DNA of 64,000 nucleotides from an uncultured Clostridia bacterium. GTDB taxonomy: Bacteria; Acidobacteriota; Aminicenantia; UBA2199. Made by a program: the position numbers and the translations under genes. Position 1 is the stretch's first letter. Each line of letters starts with the position of its first letter. Below, piece by piece: positions 35,397 to 45,365 of this stretch. The stretch is from the NCBI GenBank assembly GCA_964479735.1, contig CAYZNT010000014.1, forward strand, positions 2,917 through 66,916, read 5' to 3'. The notes beneath the pieces were generated by a model that ran no database searches, was not told the origin of the DNA, and saw only the letters and a list, made by a program, of their open reading frames with translations.

Positions 35397-37631
35397 TTAC
35401 TTCGTGAACCAGGAGATGATTCGCTGCAGGAAGTCGCCGTACTTGACGATCAGGCCGGCGAACACGACCGACACCATGGACATCAGCTTGATGAGGATGT
35501 TCAGGGAGGGGCCGGAGGTGTCCTTGAACGGATCGCCCACCGTGTCGCCGATGACCGCCGCCGCGTGGTTGGGATTCTTGCCGCCGTCGGGCAACTTTTT
35601 GCCTCCGAGGTGCCCCTCTTCGATGAATTTCTTGGCGTTGTCCCAGCTCCCTCCGGCGTTGTTCAGGAACACCGCCGTTACGAACCCGGTGGTCAAACCG
35701 CCGGTCAGCAGTCCGATGACGCCGGCCACCCCGAACAGAAGCCCGATGGCCACCGGAGCCAGAATGGCGGTGAAGGCGGGAACGATCATTTCCTGTTGCG
35801 CCGCGCGGGTGCTGATTTCCACGCAACGGGCGTAATCCGGTTCGGCCTTGCCCTCCATGATGCCGGCGATCTCGCGGAACTGGCGGCGGACTTCCTCGAC
35901 CATCCGCCCGGCGGCGCGGCCCACCGACTGCATGGTCATGGCGCAGAAGACGAAGACCATCATGGCGCCGATGAAGATGCCCACCAGAACTCTGGGGTTG
36001 AGCAGGGTGATGTTGTAGTAGCTGATCCAGTCGCCGATATGGGTTTCTTGGATGACCTTCTCGGCGCCGTTCACCAGGATGGTTTTCTGGCCCATATGCA
36101 GAAAGCCGATTTTCACTTCTTCGATGTAGGCGGCCAGCAGGGCCATCGCCGTCAGCGCCGCCGAACCGATGGCGAAGCCCTTGCCGGTGGCGGCCGTGGT
36201 GTTGCCCAGGGCGTCCAGGGCATCGGTGCGCTTGCGCACTTCGGGTTCCTGGCGGGTCATCTCGGCGTTGCCTCCCGCGTTGTCGGCGATCGGGCCGTAG
36301 GCGTCGGTGGCCAGGGTGATGCCCAGCGTGGAAAGCATGCCCACCGAGGCGAAGGAGATGCCGTACAGACCGAGGTTGATGGCGTTCGGATCGGAAGAGA
36401 AACCGCCGCTCAGGGCGTAGGAGATGATGATACCCGCGCCGATGATCAGCACCGGCAGCCCGGTCGACTGCATGCCGGTGGCGATGCCGGCGATGATGAC
36501 CGTCGCCGGTCCGGTCTTGGACTGCTCCGACACGTAACGGGTCGGCTTGTATTCGTGGGAGGTGTAATACTCGGTGATCTTGCCGATCAGCCAGCCGGCG
36601 ATGAGGCCGGTGATGACGGCGAAAAAGATCCCCACGTGTCGTCCCTGGAAGGAGTCGCGGAAGAGCACCAGGATGAAGAAGGAGGCAAGCAGGGTGAGAA
36701 CGGTGCTGGCGTTGATGCCGCGGGCCAGGGCCTTGAGCAGCACGCGTTGGGTGGCGCTCTCTTCCGAGCGAACGAAATATACGCCGAGAATGGAGAACAC
36801 CACGCCGACGCCGGCGATGACCATCGGCGCCAGCACGCCGCCCAATCCGTAGCCGGCGGCGACGCCCAGCGCCGCGGTGGCCAGGATGGAACCGGCATAG
36901 GACTCGTACAGGTCGGCTCCCATGCCGGCAACGTCGCCGACGTTGTCGCCGACGTTGTCGGCGATGGTGGCCGGGTTGCGGGGATCGTCCTCCGGAATGC
37001 CCGCTTCCACCTTGCCCACGAGATCGGCCCCGACGTCGGCCGACTTGGTGAAGATGCCGCCGCCGACGCGGGCGAACAACGCCTGGGTCGACGCCCCCAT
37101 GCCGAAGGTCAGCATGGTGGTGGTGATGATGGCCAGCTGCGACGCATCCTCGGGAATGAACGCGCGCAGGATGATGAACCATAGCGAGATATCGAGAAGC
37201 GCCAATCCCACCACCACCAGCCCCATCACCGCCCCGGAACGGAAGGCGACCTGCAGGCCCTGGTTCAACGATTTCCGGGCGCCGGCCGTCGTGCGATTGG
37301 AGGCGAGGGTGGCCGTGCGCATGCCCAAGAAGCCGGCCAGTCCGGAGAAGAACCCCCCGGTGATGAAGGCGAACGGAACCCAGCGGTTCTGGGTGTGGAG
37401 AACGAAGGCCATGAAGGCGAAGAGCACGAAGATGGCCAGGAACACGAAGGTCACCACCCGGTACTGCTGCTTCAGGTAGGCCATGGCGCCGCGCTGGACG
37501 TAGCCGGCGATCCGTTGCATGTCCTCGCTTCCCGGGTCCTGCCGTTTCATGCTCCGGTAGAAGATGAAGGCGAATACGAGGGCCAGGATCGATCCAATTG
37601 GCGCGAGTAGGAAAAGGGTTTGGACGTTCAT
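35397..37631 (-). CDS. hppA: membrane-bound proton/sodium-translocating pyrophosphatase
   Basis: 744 aa with ~16 TMs. It has the GNTTAA motif (Ala at the K+-dependence position) and conserved DxxxD/K motifs. Confidence 0.9.
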   Translation of the reverse strand: MNVQTLFLLAPIGSILALVFAFIFYRSMKRQDPGSEDMQRIAGYVQRGAMAYLKQQYRVVTFVFLAIFVLFAFMAFVLHTQNRWVPFAFITGGFFSGLAGFLGMRTATLASNRTTAGARKSLNQGLQVAFRSGAVMGLVVVGLALLDISLWFIILRAFIPEDASQLAIITTTMLTFGMGASTQALFARVGGGIFTKSADVGADLVGKVEAGIPEDDPRNPATIADNVGDNVGDVAGMGADLYESYAGSILATAALGVAAGYGLGGVLAPMVIAGVGVVFSILGVYFVRSEESATQRVLLKALARGINASTVLTLLASFFILVLFRDSFQGRHVGIFFAVITGLIAGWLIGKITEYYTSHEYKPTRYVSEQSKTGPATVIIAGIATGMQSTGLPVLIIGAGIIISYALSGGFSSDPNAINLGLYGISFASVGMLSTLGITLATDAYGPIADNAGGNAEMTRQEPEVRKRTDALDALGNTTAATGKGFAIGSAALTAMALLAAYIEEVKIGFLHMGQKTILVNGAEKVIQETHIGDWISYYNITLLNPRVLVGIFIGAMMVFVFCAMTMQSVGRAAGRMVEEVRRQFREIAGIMEGKAEPDYARCVEISTRAAQQEMIVPAFTAILAPVAIGLLFGVAGVIGLLTGGLTTGFVTAVFLNNAGGSWDNAKKFIEEGHLGGKKLPDGGKNPNHAAAVIGDTVGDPFKDTSGPSLNILIKLMSMVSVVFAGLIVKYGDFLQRIISWFTK

Positions 37632-37680
37632 GAGAGAACTCCTGAGTTCATTCTTTTTTCCCTGTCGTCATGGGAGAATG

Positions 37681-37709
37681 AGAGGGCCCTATTTTATCGG
37701 ACTCCCCCG
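37681..37709 (-). promoter_or_regulatory. sigma70-type promoter for hppA (minus strand)
   Basis: The reverse complement reads TTGACA, 17-nt spacer, TAAAAT. An AGGAG RBS lies ~50 nt further on, before the hppA ATG. Confidence 0.5.
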
Positions 37710-37898
37710 GGTTTGTCAAATCAGGGCGTTGTCTCACGAATTGAGGCGGCGACGAGGAGGCGCCCGCCGAACCACCCGAGCCCGCGACGGACGCACGATG
37801 TCACCCCCATGCACTGGACCACCACGCGTTCATACTTTGCGCTCGCACGGCCATCGCTCTTTCACGGTGAGGCAATCAGGAGCAAGTGGGCGCCGGGG

Positions 37899-38656
37899 TC
37901 AGCCCCCGCCGGTCGGGGCGGCGAGATAGGGATTGGACGCCCGCTCCCGGCCCACCGTCGTCTGTGGTCCGTGGCCCGGGAACACGCGCGTGGACCCGGG
38001 GAGCGTGGCCAGCAACCGGCGCAGGCCGTCGAGCTGCAGGCGCATGCCGGCTTCTCGCTCCCGGGTGTTGCTGCCGGACGGCTTGCCGACGCTGCCGGCG
38101 AAGAGGGCGTCGCCGCTGAAGAGGCAGTCGCCGATCCGGAGGCAGACGCTGCCCGGGGTGTGGCCCGGGAGCGGCAAAACCTCGACGTCCATCCCGCCCA
38201 GCGTCAGAACTCCTCCGTCGGGGAAAAAGCGGTCGGGCCGGTTGGCCCGGTTCTTCCCCCCGTAGAGCGCCGTGTCGGCGCGCGGTCCGTGGACCGCCAC
38301 GTTCAGGCGGCGGCTCCAGGCGCGGTTGCCGCCGCTGTGGTCGGGGTGGCCATGGGTGTTGAGGATGGCCTGCACGCGCAGCCCCTGCCCGGCCAGGTAG
38401 GCGGCCAGTTGAGGGTCGGCGGCGGCGGGATCGATGACGATGGCCCGCCGGCTGGGGCGGTCGGCCACCACGTAGCAGTTGGTGATGATGACGGCCCCAG
38501 CGGGCCCCCGCCAGGACATGGGCAGGCAGCGAACCTGCGGCGAGGCGTCGCCGTCGCTGAAGAAGTCCTGCGCCGCCGTCCGGGCGGCGGCCAGGATCAG
38601 GGCGAGCGGCAGCAGGAGGGCCATGAATCGCGGCATGCCGCGGTTGTAGCATGGGC
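37899..38656 (-). CDS. MBL-fold metallo-hydrolase (glyoxalase II-like), secreted
   Basis: The start MPRFMALLLPLALILAAARTAAQ is a signal peptide. It has the THGHPDHSGG metal-binding motif, 252 aa. Confidence 0.7.
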
Positions 38657-38742
38657 GCCGGCCGGGGTCAAGCCGCGCGTGCGGCCCGTGGTGCTCCCGG
38701 GCGGAGTTTGTAGTACAATGTCCTCTTTTTAAGGGAGGGAAC

Positions 38743-39525
38743 ATGACCCCGATTCGACGCGCCGTGGTTTGGCTGGTTGCCGGCTCTGGCCTGGCCCTTT
38801 GTCTCTGCGCTCAGACCGGAAGCGCGGACGACCAGGACCTGAAGTACCTGCTGAAGCTGAAACAGGCCCAGCCGGCGCTGGAGAAGGGAATCGACCGCTA
38901 CACCGCCGGCGACCGCGCCGGCGCCCGCAGGCAGATGGAGAAGTGCCTGCAGGCGCTGCCCCTGCACCACCAGGCCCGTTTCATGCTGGCGCAGATCAGC
39001 TACGACGAGAAGGGCTACGACGCCGCCCTGGGGCACATCGCCGACGCCGAGACCGGCTTCCAGCGCTTCCGGGCCGTGATGGCCAACCAGGAGCAGATCC
39101 TGCGCAAGGTCCGCGACGGCAAGCAGCAGGAGATGACCGATTTCACCAACGCCCTCTTCCAGCGGGCTGCGAGCGCCTGCAACCCGGACTTCTGGAAGCG
39201 CGAGAGCCGGGCCCTGGAGACCCAGGCCAGCGCCGAGCGCAACCAGAATACGGACGTGAAGGAGGATCTCCTGCAGGTTCCCGCCGAGTACTCGTACCTG
39301 CACGGCAACATTCTCTTCCGCCTGCAGCGCCTCTCCGAGGCCGAAGCGTTTTACATCCACGCCATCGACGCCAACCCCCAGCACGCCGCCTCGTACAACA
39401 ACCTGATCAACCTCCATTTCGTCTCGCGCCGCTTCGAAGAGGCGCGGCGCTGGGTCGCCCGGGCCGAGGCGAACCAGGTGGAGTTGAACCGGGCGCTGGT
39501 CGAGGCGCTGGGCCGGGCCGGATGA
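38743..39525 (+). CDS. TPR-repeat secreted hypothetical protein
   Basis: The signal peptide is MTPIRRAVVWLVAGSGLALCLCA. It has TPR-like helices, 260 aa. Confidence 0.45.
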   Translation: MTPIRRAVVWLVAGSGLALCLCAQTGSADDQDLKYLLKLKQAQPALEKGIDRYTAGDRAGARRQMEKCLQALPLHHQARFMLAQISYDEKGYDAALGHIADAETGFQRFRAVMANQEQILRKVRDGKQQEMTDFTNALFQRAASACNPDFWKRESRALETQASAERNQNTDVKEDLLQVPAEYSYLHGNILFRLQRLSEAEAFYIHAIDANPQHAASYNNLINLHFVSRRFEEARRWVARAEANQVELNRALVEALGRAG

Positions 39526-39619
39526 CCGCGGCCGTTCGGTCGCGAAGCGGGGACCGGCGGGGCGCTCGGGGCCCCGGCACGACCCCGCAGCCGGAAGCGG
39601 GCGGGGCTCCGGGCCGACC

Positions 39620-41074
39620 TCAGGGTACCCGGTTCTCGCGGCGCAGCCGGGCGGCCCGGCGACGTCCCCAGCCGAAATAGAGCACCATCCCCAGGGCCAT
39701 CCAGGCGACCAGCCGCAGCCAGGTGTCCCGCGGCAGCCCGGCCATCAGGTAGAGGCAGGAGACGATCCCCAGCACCGGCACCACCGGCACCCAGGGCGTG
39801 CGGAAGGGGCGGGGCAGCTCGGGCCGGGTGCGGCGCAGCACCAGGATGCCGGCGCAGACGATGGCGAAGGCCAGCAGGGTGCCGATGGAGACCAGCTCGC
39901 CGACGATGCCGATGGGAAGCAGCGCGGCGGCCACGGAAATCAGCGTGCCGGTCACCAGGGTGGTCACCCAGGGGGTGCGATAGCGCGGGTGCACGCGCGC
40001 CGCGGCAGGCGGCAGCAGGCCGTCGTGGGCCATGGCGAAGAAGATGCGCGGCTGGCCCAGCAGCTGCACCAGGATGACCGAGGTGAGGCCGGCGATGGCG
40101 CCGATCTTGACCAGCAGCTGCAGCCACGGCAGCTTCATGGCGTCGATGGCCACCGCCACCGGGGCGGCGACGTTGAGCGCCGAGTAGTGGACCACGCCGG
40201 TCATCACCAACGACACCACGATGTAGAGGACGGTGCAGACGGCCAGCGAGCCGAGGATGCCGATGGGCATGTCGCGCTGCGGGTTGCGCGCCTCCTGGGC
40301 GGTGGTGGAGACGGCGTCGAAGCCGAGGTAGGCGAAAAAGATGACGCCGGCGCCGCGCAGCACTCCGCTCAGCCCGAAAAAGCCGAAGCGGCCGCTGTTG
40401 GCCGGCACGAACGGCTTCCAGAGCTCGGGTTTCAGGAAGGAGAGGCCGGCCACGATGAAGACCAGGATGACCGCCACCTTGACCGCCACGAAGAAGGTGT
40501 TGACCCCGGCCGACTCCCGGATGCCCACCACCAGCACGGCGGTGATGGCCAGCACCACCAGGGCCGCCGGCAGGTTGAACAGGGCGCCGGTGGCCGTCCA
40601 CTGGTGGGTCTCGGGGTTGTAGGCGAAGGGGGCGGAGGCCAGCGCCGCCGGCACCGCCAGGCCGAGGTCCTTCAGGAAGCTGCCCATGTAGCCCGACCAG
40701 CCGATGGCCACGGCGGTGGCGCCGAGCGAGTATTCCAGGATCAGGTCCCAGCCGATGATCCAGGCCACGAACTCGCCCAGGGTGGCGTAGGCGTAGGTGT
40801 AGGCGGAGCCGGCCACCGGGATCATCGAGGCGAACTCGGCGTAGCAGAGCCCGGCGAAGGCGCAGGCCAGGCCGGCCAGCACGAAGGAGAGCACGATGGC
40901 CGGGCCGGCGTACTGGGCGGCGGCGTGGCCGGTGAGCACGAAGATGCCGGCGCCGATGATCGCGCCGACGCCGAGCAGGGTGAGCTGGAACGGACCGAGC
41001 ACCCGCTTCAGGCCGTCGCGCTGCGCCTGGCGGTGGAGCTCGGCGATGTCCTTGGTGGCCAGCAGGGAAGCCAT
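39620..41074 (-). CDS. APC superfamily amino acid permease
   Basis: 12 TMs and the motif [15 protein letters not shown], 484 aa. Confidence 0.8.
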   Translation of the reverse strand: MASLLATKDIAELHRQAQRDGLKRVLGPFQLTLLGVGAIIGAGIFVLTGHAAAQYAGPAIVLSFVLAGLACAFAGLCYAEFASMIPVAGSAYTYAYATLGEFVAWIIGWDLILEYSLGATAVAIGWSGYMGSFLKDLGLAVPAALASAPFAYNPETHQWTATGALFNLPAALVVLAITAVLVVGIRESAGVNTFFVAVKVAVILVFIVAGLSFLKPELWKPFVPANSGRFGFFGLSGVLRGAGVIFFAYLGFDAVSTTAQEARNPQRDMPIGILGSLAVCTVLYIVVSLVMTGVVHYSALNVAAPVAVAIDAMKLPWLQLLVKIGAIAGLTSVILVQLLGQPRIFFAMAHDGLLPPAAARVHPRYRTPWVTTLVTGTLISVAAALLPIGIVGELVSIGTLLAFAIVCAGILVLRRTRPELPRPFRTPWVPVVPVLGIVSCLYLMAGLPRDTWLRLVAWMALGMVLYFGWGRRRAARLRRENRVP

Positions 41075-41221
41075 CGCGGTTCCTTCGGTTGCGGTTTTTC
41101 ATTATAGGGGGATTGCCGGCCCCGGTCAACGGCAACCGGTTTGCATTTTTTCTGTTGATTCATTACAATCTGCACTCGGACACATCGCCGCACGCAGGGA
41201 ACCGGACAGGAGGGCGTCGAC

Positions 41222-42904
41222 ATGGGCCAAGGCATGGGCACGTGGGGCTGGATCTTCTTCTCCATCGGCTGGGGCTGCATCATCGCCTTGTCGGTCTGGT
41301 GCTTCAGCCGCGTCCTGCTGATCAAGAAGAAGAAAACGGCCGGCGTCCCGGTCGGCAAGCGCGAGCAGTGGGCCTCGCGAATCGGCCTGATCCTGGCCAT
41401 GGCCGGCAACGCCATCGGCCTGGGCAACTTCCTGCGCTTCCCGGCCAAGGCGGCGGCCAACGGCGGCGGCGCCTTCATGATCCCCTACTTCCTGGCGCTC
41501 ATCTTCCTGGGCATCCCGCTGATGTGGGTGGAGTGGACCATCGGCCGCCACGGCGGCGCCCACGGCCACGGATCCGCCCCGGGCATGTTCCAACTCCTGT
41601 GGAAGCACCGCAGCGCCAAGTACATCGGCGCCCTGGGCATCGCCCTGCCCTTCGCCATCGTGGTCTACTACAACTTCATCGAGACCTGGACCCTCGGCTA
41701 CGCCTGGTTCTCGGCCACCGGCCGGTACTTCGGCCACGCCAACCGCGAGGCCATGAACGCCTTCCTGAAGGGGTTCCAGGGCGTGGAAAGCAACCAGTTT
41801 TTCCACTCCCCCCTGCCGGTGCTGGTCTTCCTGGGAATCACCCTGAGCATCAACTATTTCTTCCTGCGCCGCGGCATCTCCAAGGGCATCGAGGTGCTGG
41901 CCAAGATCGGCATGCCGGTGCTCTTCGTCTTCGGCATCGTGCTCGCGGTGCGGGTGCTCACCCTGGGCGCCCCCGACCCGGCGATGCCGGAGCAGAACGT
42001 GATGAGCGGCCTGGCCTACATCTGGAACCCCGACTTCAGCCGCCTCGGCCAGGCGGAGGTGTGGCTGGTGGCCGCCGGCCAGATCTTCTTCACCCTCTCC
42101 CTGGGCCAGGGCATCATCCACACCTACGCCTCCTACGTGCGCGAGCACGACGACGTCACTCTCAACGGGCTGACCACCTCCTCGACCAACGAGTTCGCCG
42201 AGGTGGTGCTGGGCGGCACCATCGCCATCCCGCTGGCCGTCGCCTTCTTCGGCCTGGCCGCCACCCAGCAGATCGCCCGGGAGGGAGCCTTCAACCTGGG
42301 GTTCGTCTCCCTGCCGGTCATCTTCCAGCAGCTGCCGCTGGGCGAGCTGTTCGGATTCATGTGGTTCATCCTGCTGTTCATCGCCGGCATCACCTCCTCG
42401 GTGGCCATGACCTCGCCGGCCATCGCCTTCCTGGAGGACGAGTTCAAGTGGCAGCGCCACAAGGCGGTCAACGCCGCGTTCGCGGTGCTGGCCTCCTGCA
42501 CCCTGCTGCTGGTGGCCTTTTTCCGGCACGGCTTCCTGGACGAGCTCGACTACTGGGCCGGCACCTTCGGCCTGGTGGTCTTCGCGGTGATCGAGATCGT
42601 GCTCTTCTCTTGGGTCTTCGGGGTCAAGAAGGGCTGGCAGGAATTGCACAAGGGGGCCGACTTGCGGGTGCCTCGGGTGTTCAAGTTCATCGTCCACTAT
42701 GTCACGCCGGTCTACCTGCTGGTGCTGCTGGGCGTGTGGACCTACCAGGAGGCGATCGGCAAGTTCCTGATGAAGGGCGAGGAGGCCTCCCGCCACCCCT
42801 ACCTGTGGGGGGCGCGCGGGATGTTCCTGGCCCTCATCCTGCTGACGATGTGGTTGGTGCGCCTGGCCTGGAAGCGCAACCGCCTGAAGCCGGACGAGGC
42901 ATGA
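41222..42904 (+). CDS. neurotransmitter:sodium symporter (NSS/SNF) family transporter
   Basis: GLGNFLRFP, WVEWTIG and other NSS hallmark motifs, 560 aa. Confidence 0.85.
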   Translation: MGQGMGTWGWIFFSIGWGCIIALSVWCFSRVLLIKKKKTAGVPVGKREQWASRIGLILAMAGNAIGLGNFLRFPAKAAANGGGAFMIPYFLALIFLGIPLMWVEWTIGRHGGAHGHGSAPGMFQLLWKHRSAKYIGALGIALPFAIVVYYNFIETWTLGYAWFSATGRYFGHANREAMNAFLKGFQGVESNQFFHSPLPVLVFLGITLSINYFFLRRGISKGIEVLAKIGMPVLFVFGIVLAVRVLTLGAPDPAMPEQNVMSGLAYIWNPDFSRLGQAEVWLVAAGQIFFTLSLGQGIIHTYASYVREHDDVTLNGLTTSSTNEFAEVVLGGTIAIPLAVAFFGLAATQQIAREGAFNLGFVSLPVIFQQLPLGELFGFMWFILLFIAGITSSVAMTSPAIAFLEDEFKWQRHKAVNAAFAVLASCTLLLVAFFRHGFLDELDYWAGTFGLVVFAVIEIVLFSWVFGVKKGWQELHKGADLRVPRVFKFIVHYVTPVYLLVLLGVWTYQEAIGKFLMKGEEASRHPYLWGARGMFLALILLTMWLVRLAWKRNRLKPDEA

Positions 42905-42972
42905 GGCGGCGCATGCCGGGCGGGGAGACGCAACTCGGGCAACGGCCGCCCGCCTAAGGAGGAGCGACAGCC

Positions 42973-43833
42973 ATGTTGGCGATTATCGGCATCGTGGTGG
43001 TTCTCGGATCGATCCTCGGCGGCTACATCATGGAGAAGGGCAACCCCTCGATCCTGCTCCAGCCGGCCGAGCTGGTCATCATCGGCGGGGCGTCCATCGG
43101 TGCCCTGATCGTCGGCTCCGGAAAGAAAATCGGCCTGGTCATGAAGAGCTTCGGCCGGGTTTTCAGCGGCGGCCACGTCGACAAGGCCTCCTTCATGCAG
43201 CTGCTGATGCTGCTCAACAGCATCTTCTCCAAGGCACAACGCGAGGGGCTGATCGCCCTCGAGTCGCACCTCGACAACCCCGCCAAGAGCGACATCTTCT
43301 CCAAGTACCCGCTGCTCATGAACAACCCCAACATCATGGCCTACATCACCGACAACATGCGGCTGATCATCACCGCCTCGATGTCGGCCAACGACCTGGA
43401 CAACCTGCTGGAGATCGACATCGAGACCCAGAAGCACGAGGCCCAGTACGCCCCCGGCGAGATGACCCGCATGGCCGACGCGCTCCCCGGCATGGGCATC
43501 GTGGCGGCCGTGCTGGGGGTCACCCTGGCCATGGGCAAGATCGACGCCGAGCCGGCCGAGCTGGGCCACACGGTGGCGGCCGCCCTGGTCGGCACCTTCC
43601 TGGGCATCCTGCTGTCGTACGGCATCGTCGGCCCGATGGCCGCCAACCTGAGCCACCAGAACAGCGAGAAGAGCATCTACCTGGTGGCCATCAAGATGGC
43701 CCTCATCGCCTTCTCCGAGGGCTCGCACCCGCTGCTGGCGGTCGAGGCCGGGCGGCGGGCCATCCCCCTGGAGTACCGGCCCACCTTCATGGAAGTGGAC
43801 GCGGAGATCCGAAAATGGAAGGAGAAAAAGTAA
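42973..43833 (+). CDS. motA: MotA/PomA family stator (proton channel) protein
   Basis: Four TMs and a cytoplasmic loop with MotA_ExbB C-terminal helices, 286 aa. It is a normal-length MotA, not the long ZorA type. Confidence 0.7.
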   Translation: MLAIIGIVVVLGSILGGYIMEKGNPSILLQPAELVIIGGASIGALIVGSGKKIGLVMKSFGRVFSGGHVDKASFMQLLMLLNSIFSKAQREGLIALESHLDNPAKSDIFSKYPLLMNNPNIMAYITDNMRLIITASMSANDLDNLLEIDIETQKHEAQYAPGEMTRMADALPGMGIVAAVLGVTLAMGKIDAEPAELGHTVAAALVGTFLGILLSYGIVGPMAANLSHQNSEKSIYLVAIKMALIAFSEGSHPLLAVEAGRRAIPLEYRPTFMEVDAEIRKWKEKK

Positions 43834-44591
43834 TCGTCAAGAAGGTGCGCCGCGGCGGCGGGCACGGCGGCCACCACGGCGGCTCCTGGAAGGTGGCCTA
43901 CGCCGATTTCGTCACCGCCATGATGGCCTTCTTCCTGCTGATGTGGCTGCTCACCGCCTTGAAGGCCAAGCAGAAGATGGAGATGGCGGTCTACTTCAAG
44001 GAGTACAACGCCCTGAAGGGGAAGAAGGACATCGAGCAGAAGATCGACATGAAAATGAGGGCCGTCATGGAACCGCAGAAGCCGGATGGCCAGGGCAAGG
44101 GCGACCTCGGCGTCATCGATTCCGGCCTGACCGTCGAGCGCGACCAGTTCATGCAGGCGATGCGGAACGAGATCGAAATGCGCCTGAACGAGGTCCAGGG
44201 CCAGGTGCTGGTCGACGTGACCCCCGACGGCGCGGTGCGCATCCAGCTGGTGGACCTGGAGGGCAGCCCGATGTTCCTCTCCGGCTCGCCGGAGATGACG
44301 CCGGTGGCCAAGAGGATCCTGGCGGTCATCACCGAGCGCATCCGCAACGCCGACGTGCACATCGCCGTCGAGGGCCACACCGACGCCTACGCCTACAGCA
44401 GCGGCGGCCTGACCAACTGGGAGCTCTCCACCCAGCGCGCCTCGGCGGCCCGCCGCGAACTGGAGGCCGACGGTTTCAGCCCCGACCGGCTGCTGCGCGT
44501 CACCGGCCTGGCGGCCACCCAGCCGCTGGTGGGCGACAACCCGTTCGACCCGCGCAACCGCCGCATCAGCATCCTGGTCTACTACCGCTGA
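43815..44591 (+). CDS. motB: MotB/OmpA family stator protein
   Basis: The single TM YADFVTAMMAFFLLMW carries the conserved Asp. The C-terminal OmpA-like peptidoglycan-binding domain is VEGHTDAYAYSSGGLTNWELSTQRA. It overlaps motA by 19 nt. Confidence 0.7.
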   Translation: MEGEKVIVKKVRRGGGHGGHHGGSWKVAYADFVTAMMAFFLLMWLLTALKAKQKMEMAVYFKEYNALKGKKDIEQKIDMKMRAVMEPQKPDGQGKGDLGVIDSGLTVERDQFMQAMRNEIEMRLNEVQGQVLVDVTPDGAVRIQLVDLEGSPMFLSGSPEMTPVAKRILAVITERIRNADVHIAVEGHTDAYAYSSGGLTNWELSTQRASAARRELEADGFSPDRLLRVTGLAATQPLVGDNPFDPRNRRISILVYYR

Positions 44592-44602
44592 GGCGGCGGG
44601 CG

Positions 44603-45316
44603 ATGGCAGCCGATCCGATCCCCCCGTTCCGCGGCTTCCGCCGCGAGACGGTGGCCTTCCTGGGCGGGCTGAAGAAGCACAACCAGCGCGACTGGTTCGA
44701 GAACCACCGCCGGGACTACGAGGAGCACGTGATGGCCCCGGCGCGCGCCTTCGTGGTGGCCCTGGGCGAGCGGCTGAACGCCATCACCCCCGGGGTGCAG
44801 GCCGATCCCCGGGTGAACGGCTCGCTCTTCCGCATCCACCGGGACATTCGCTTCAGCGCCGACAAGACGCCCTACAAGACCCACGTCGGCATCCTCTTCT
44901 GGCACGGGCGGGACCGGATGGCGGGCGGAGGATACTACGTGCACATCGAGCCGCCCGCCCTCGGCCTGGGGGCGGGGGTGTACGTCTTTCCGCCCCCGCG
45001 CCTCAAGGAATTCCGCCAGGCGGCGGTGCATCCCGAGCACGGCTACGATCTCTACGACATCCGCACCGCCCTGCTCGGCCGGCCGGGCTTCGAGCTCGGC
45101 GGCCGCCACTACAAGCGCGTCCCGGCCGGGTTCGACGCCGGGCACCCCAACGCCGACCTGCTGCTCCACAACGGGCTCTACGCCTGGCACGAGGCCCCGA
45201 TCCCCGGCGAGTTCTTCTCCGGGCAACTGGTCGAGTACTGCATGGACCGTTTCCGCCACACCGCCCCCCTCTTCCACTGGCTGGTGGAGCTGCTGGCGGG
45301 TCGGTTCCGCGATTGA
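44603..45316 (+). CDS. DUF2461 (TIGR02453) family conserved hypothetical protein
   Basis: Conserved segments RDWFENHRRDYEE...FRIHRDIRFSADKTPYK...YYVHIEP. Confidence 0.55.
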   Translation: MAADPIPPFRGFRRETVAFLGGLKKHNQRDWFENHRRDYEEHVMAPARAFVVALGERLNAITPGVQADPRVNGSLFRIHRDIRFSADKTPYKTHVGILFWHGRDRMAGGGYYVHIEPPALGLGAGVYVFPPPRLKEFRQAAVHPEHGYDLYDIRTALLGRPGFELGGRHYKRVPAGFDAGHPNADLLLHNGLYAWHEAPIPGEFFSGQLVEYCMDRFRHTAPLFHWLVELLAGRFRD

Positions 45317-45365
45317 GCGTCGTGACCCAAGACCCCGGGATCTTCCCGGAGGAGAGGAGGAAACC

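Noticed and set aside
35191-37184. Alternative-frame ORFs overlapping hppA (35191..37182-, 35565..37184+)
   Set aside because: The hppA frame carries the full set of conserved PPase motifs; the alternatives are low-complexity.
42973-44591. Zorya anti-phage system (ZorA/ZorB)
   Set aside because: MotA is of ordinary length (286 aa) without the long ZorA C-terminal tail, and no ZorC/D/E-like genes follow.
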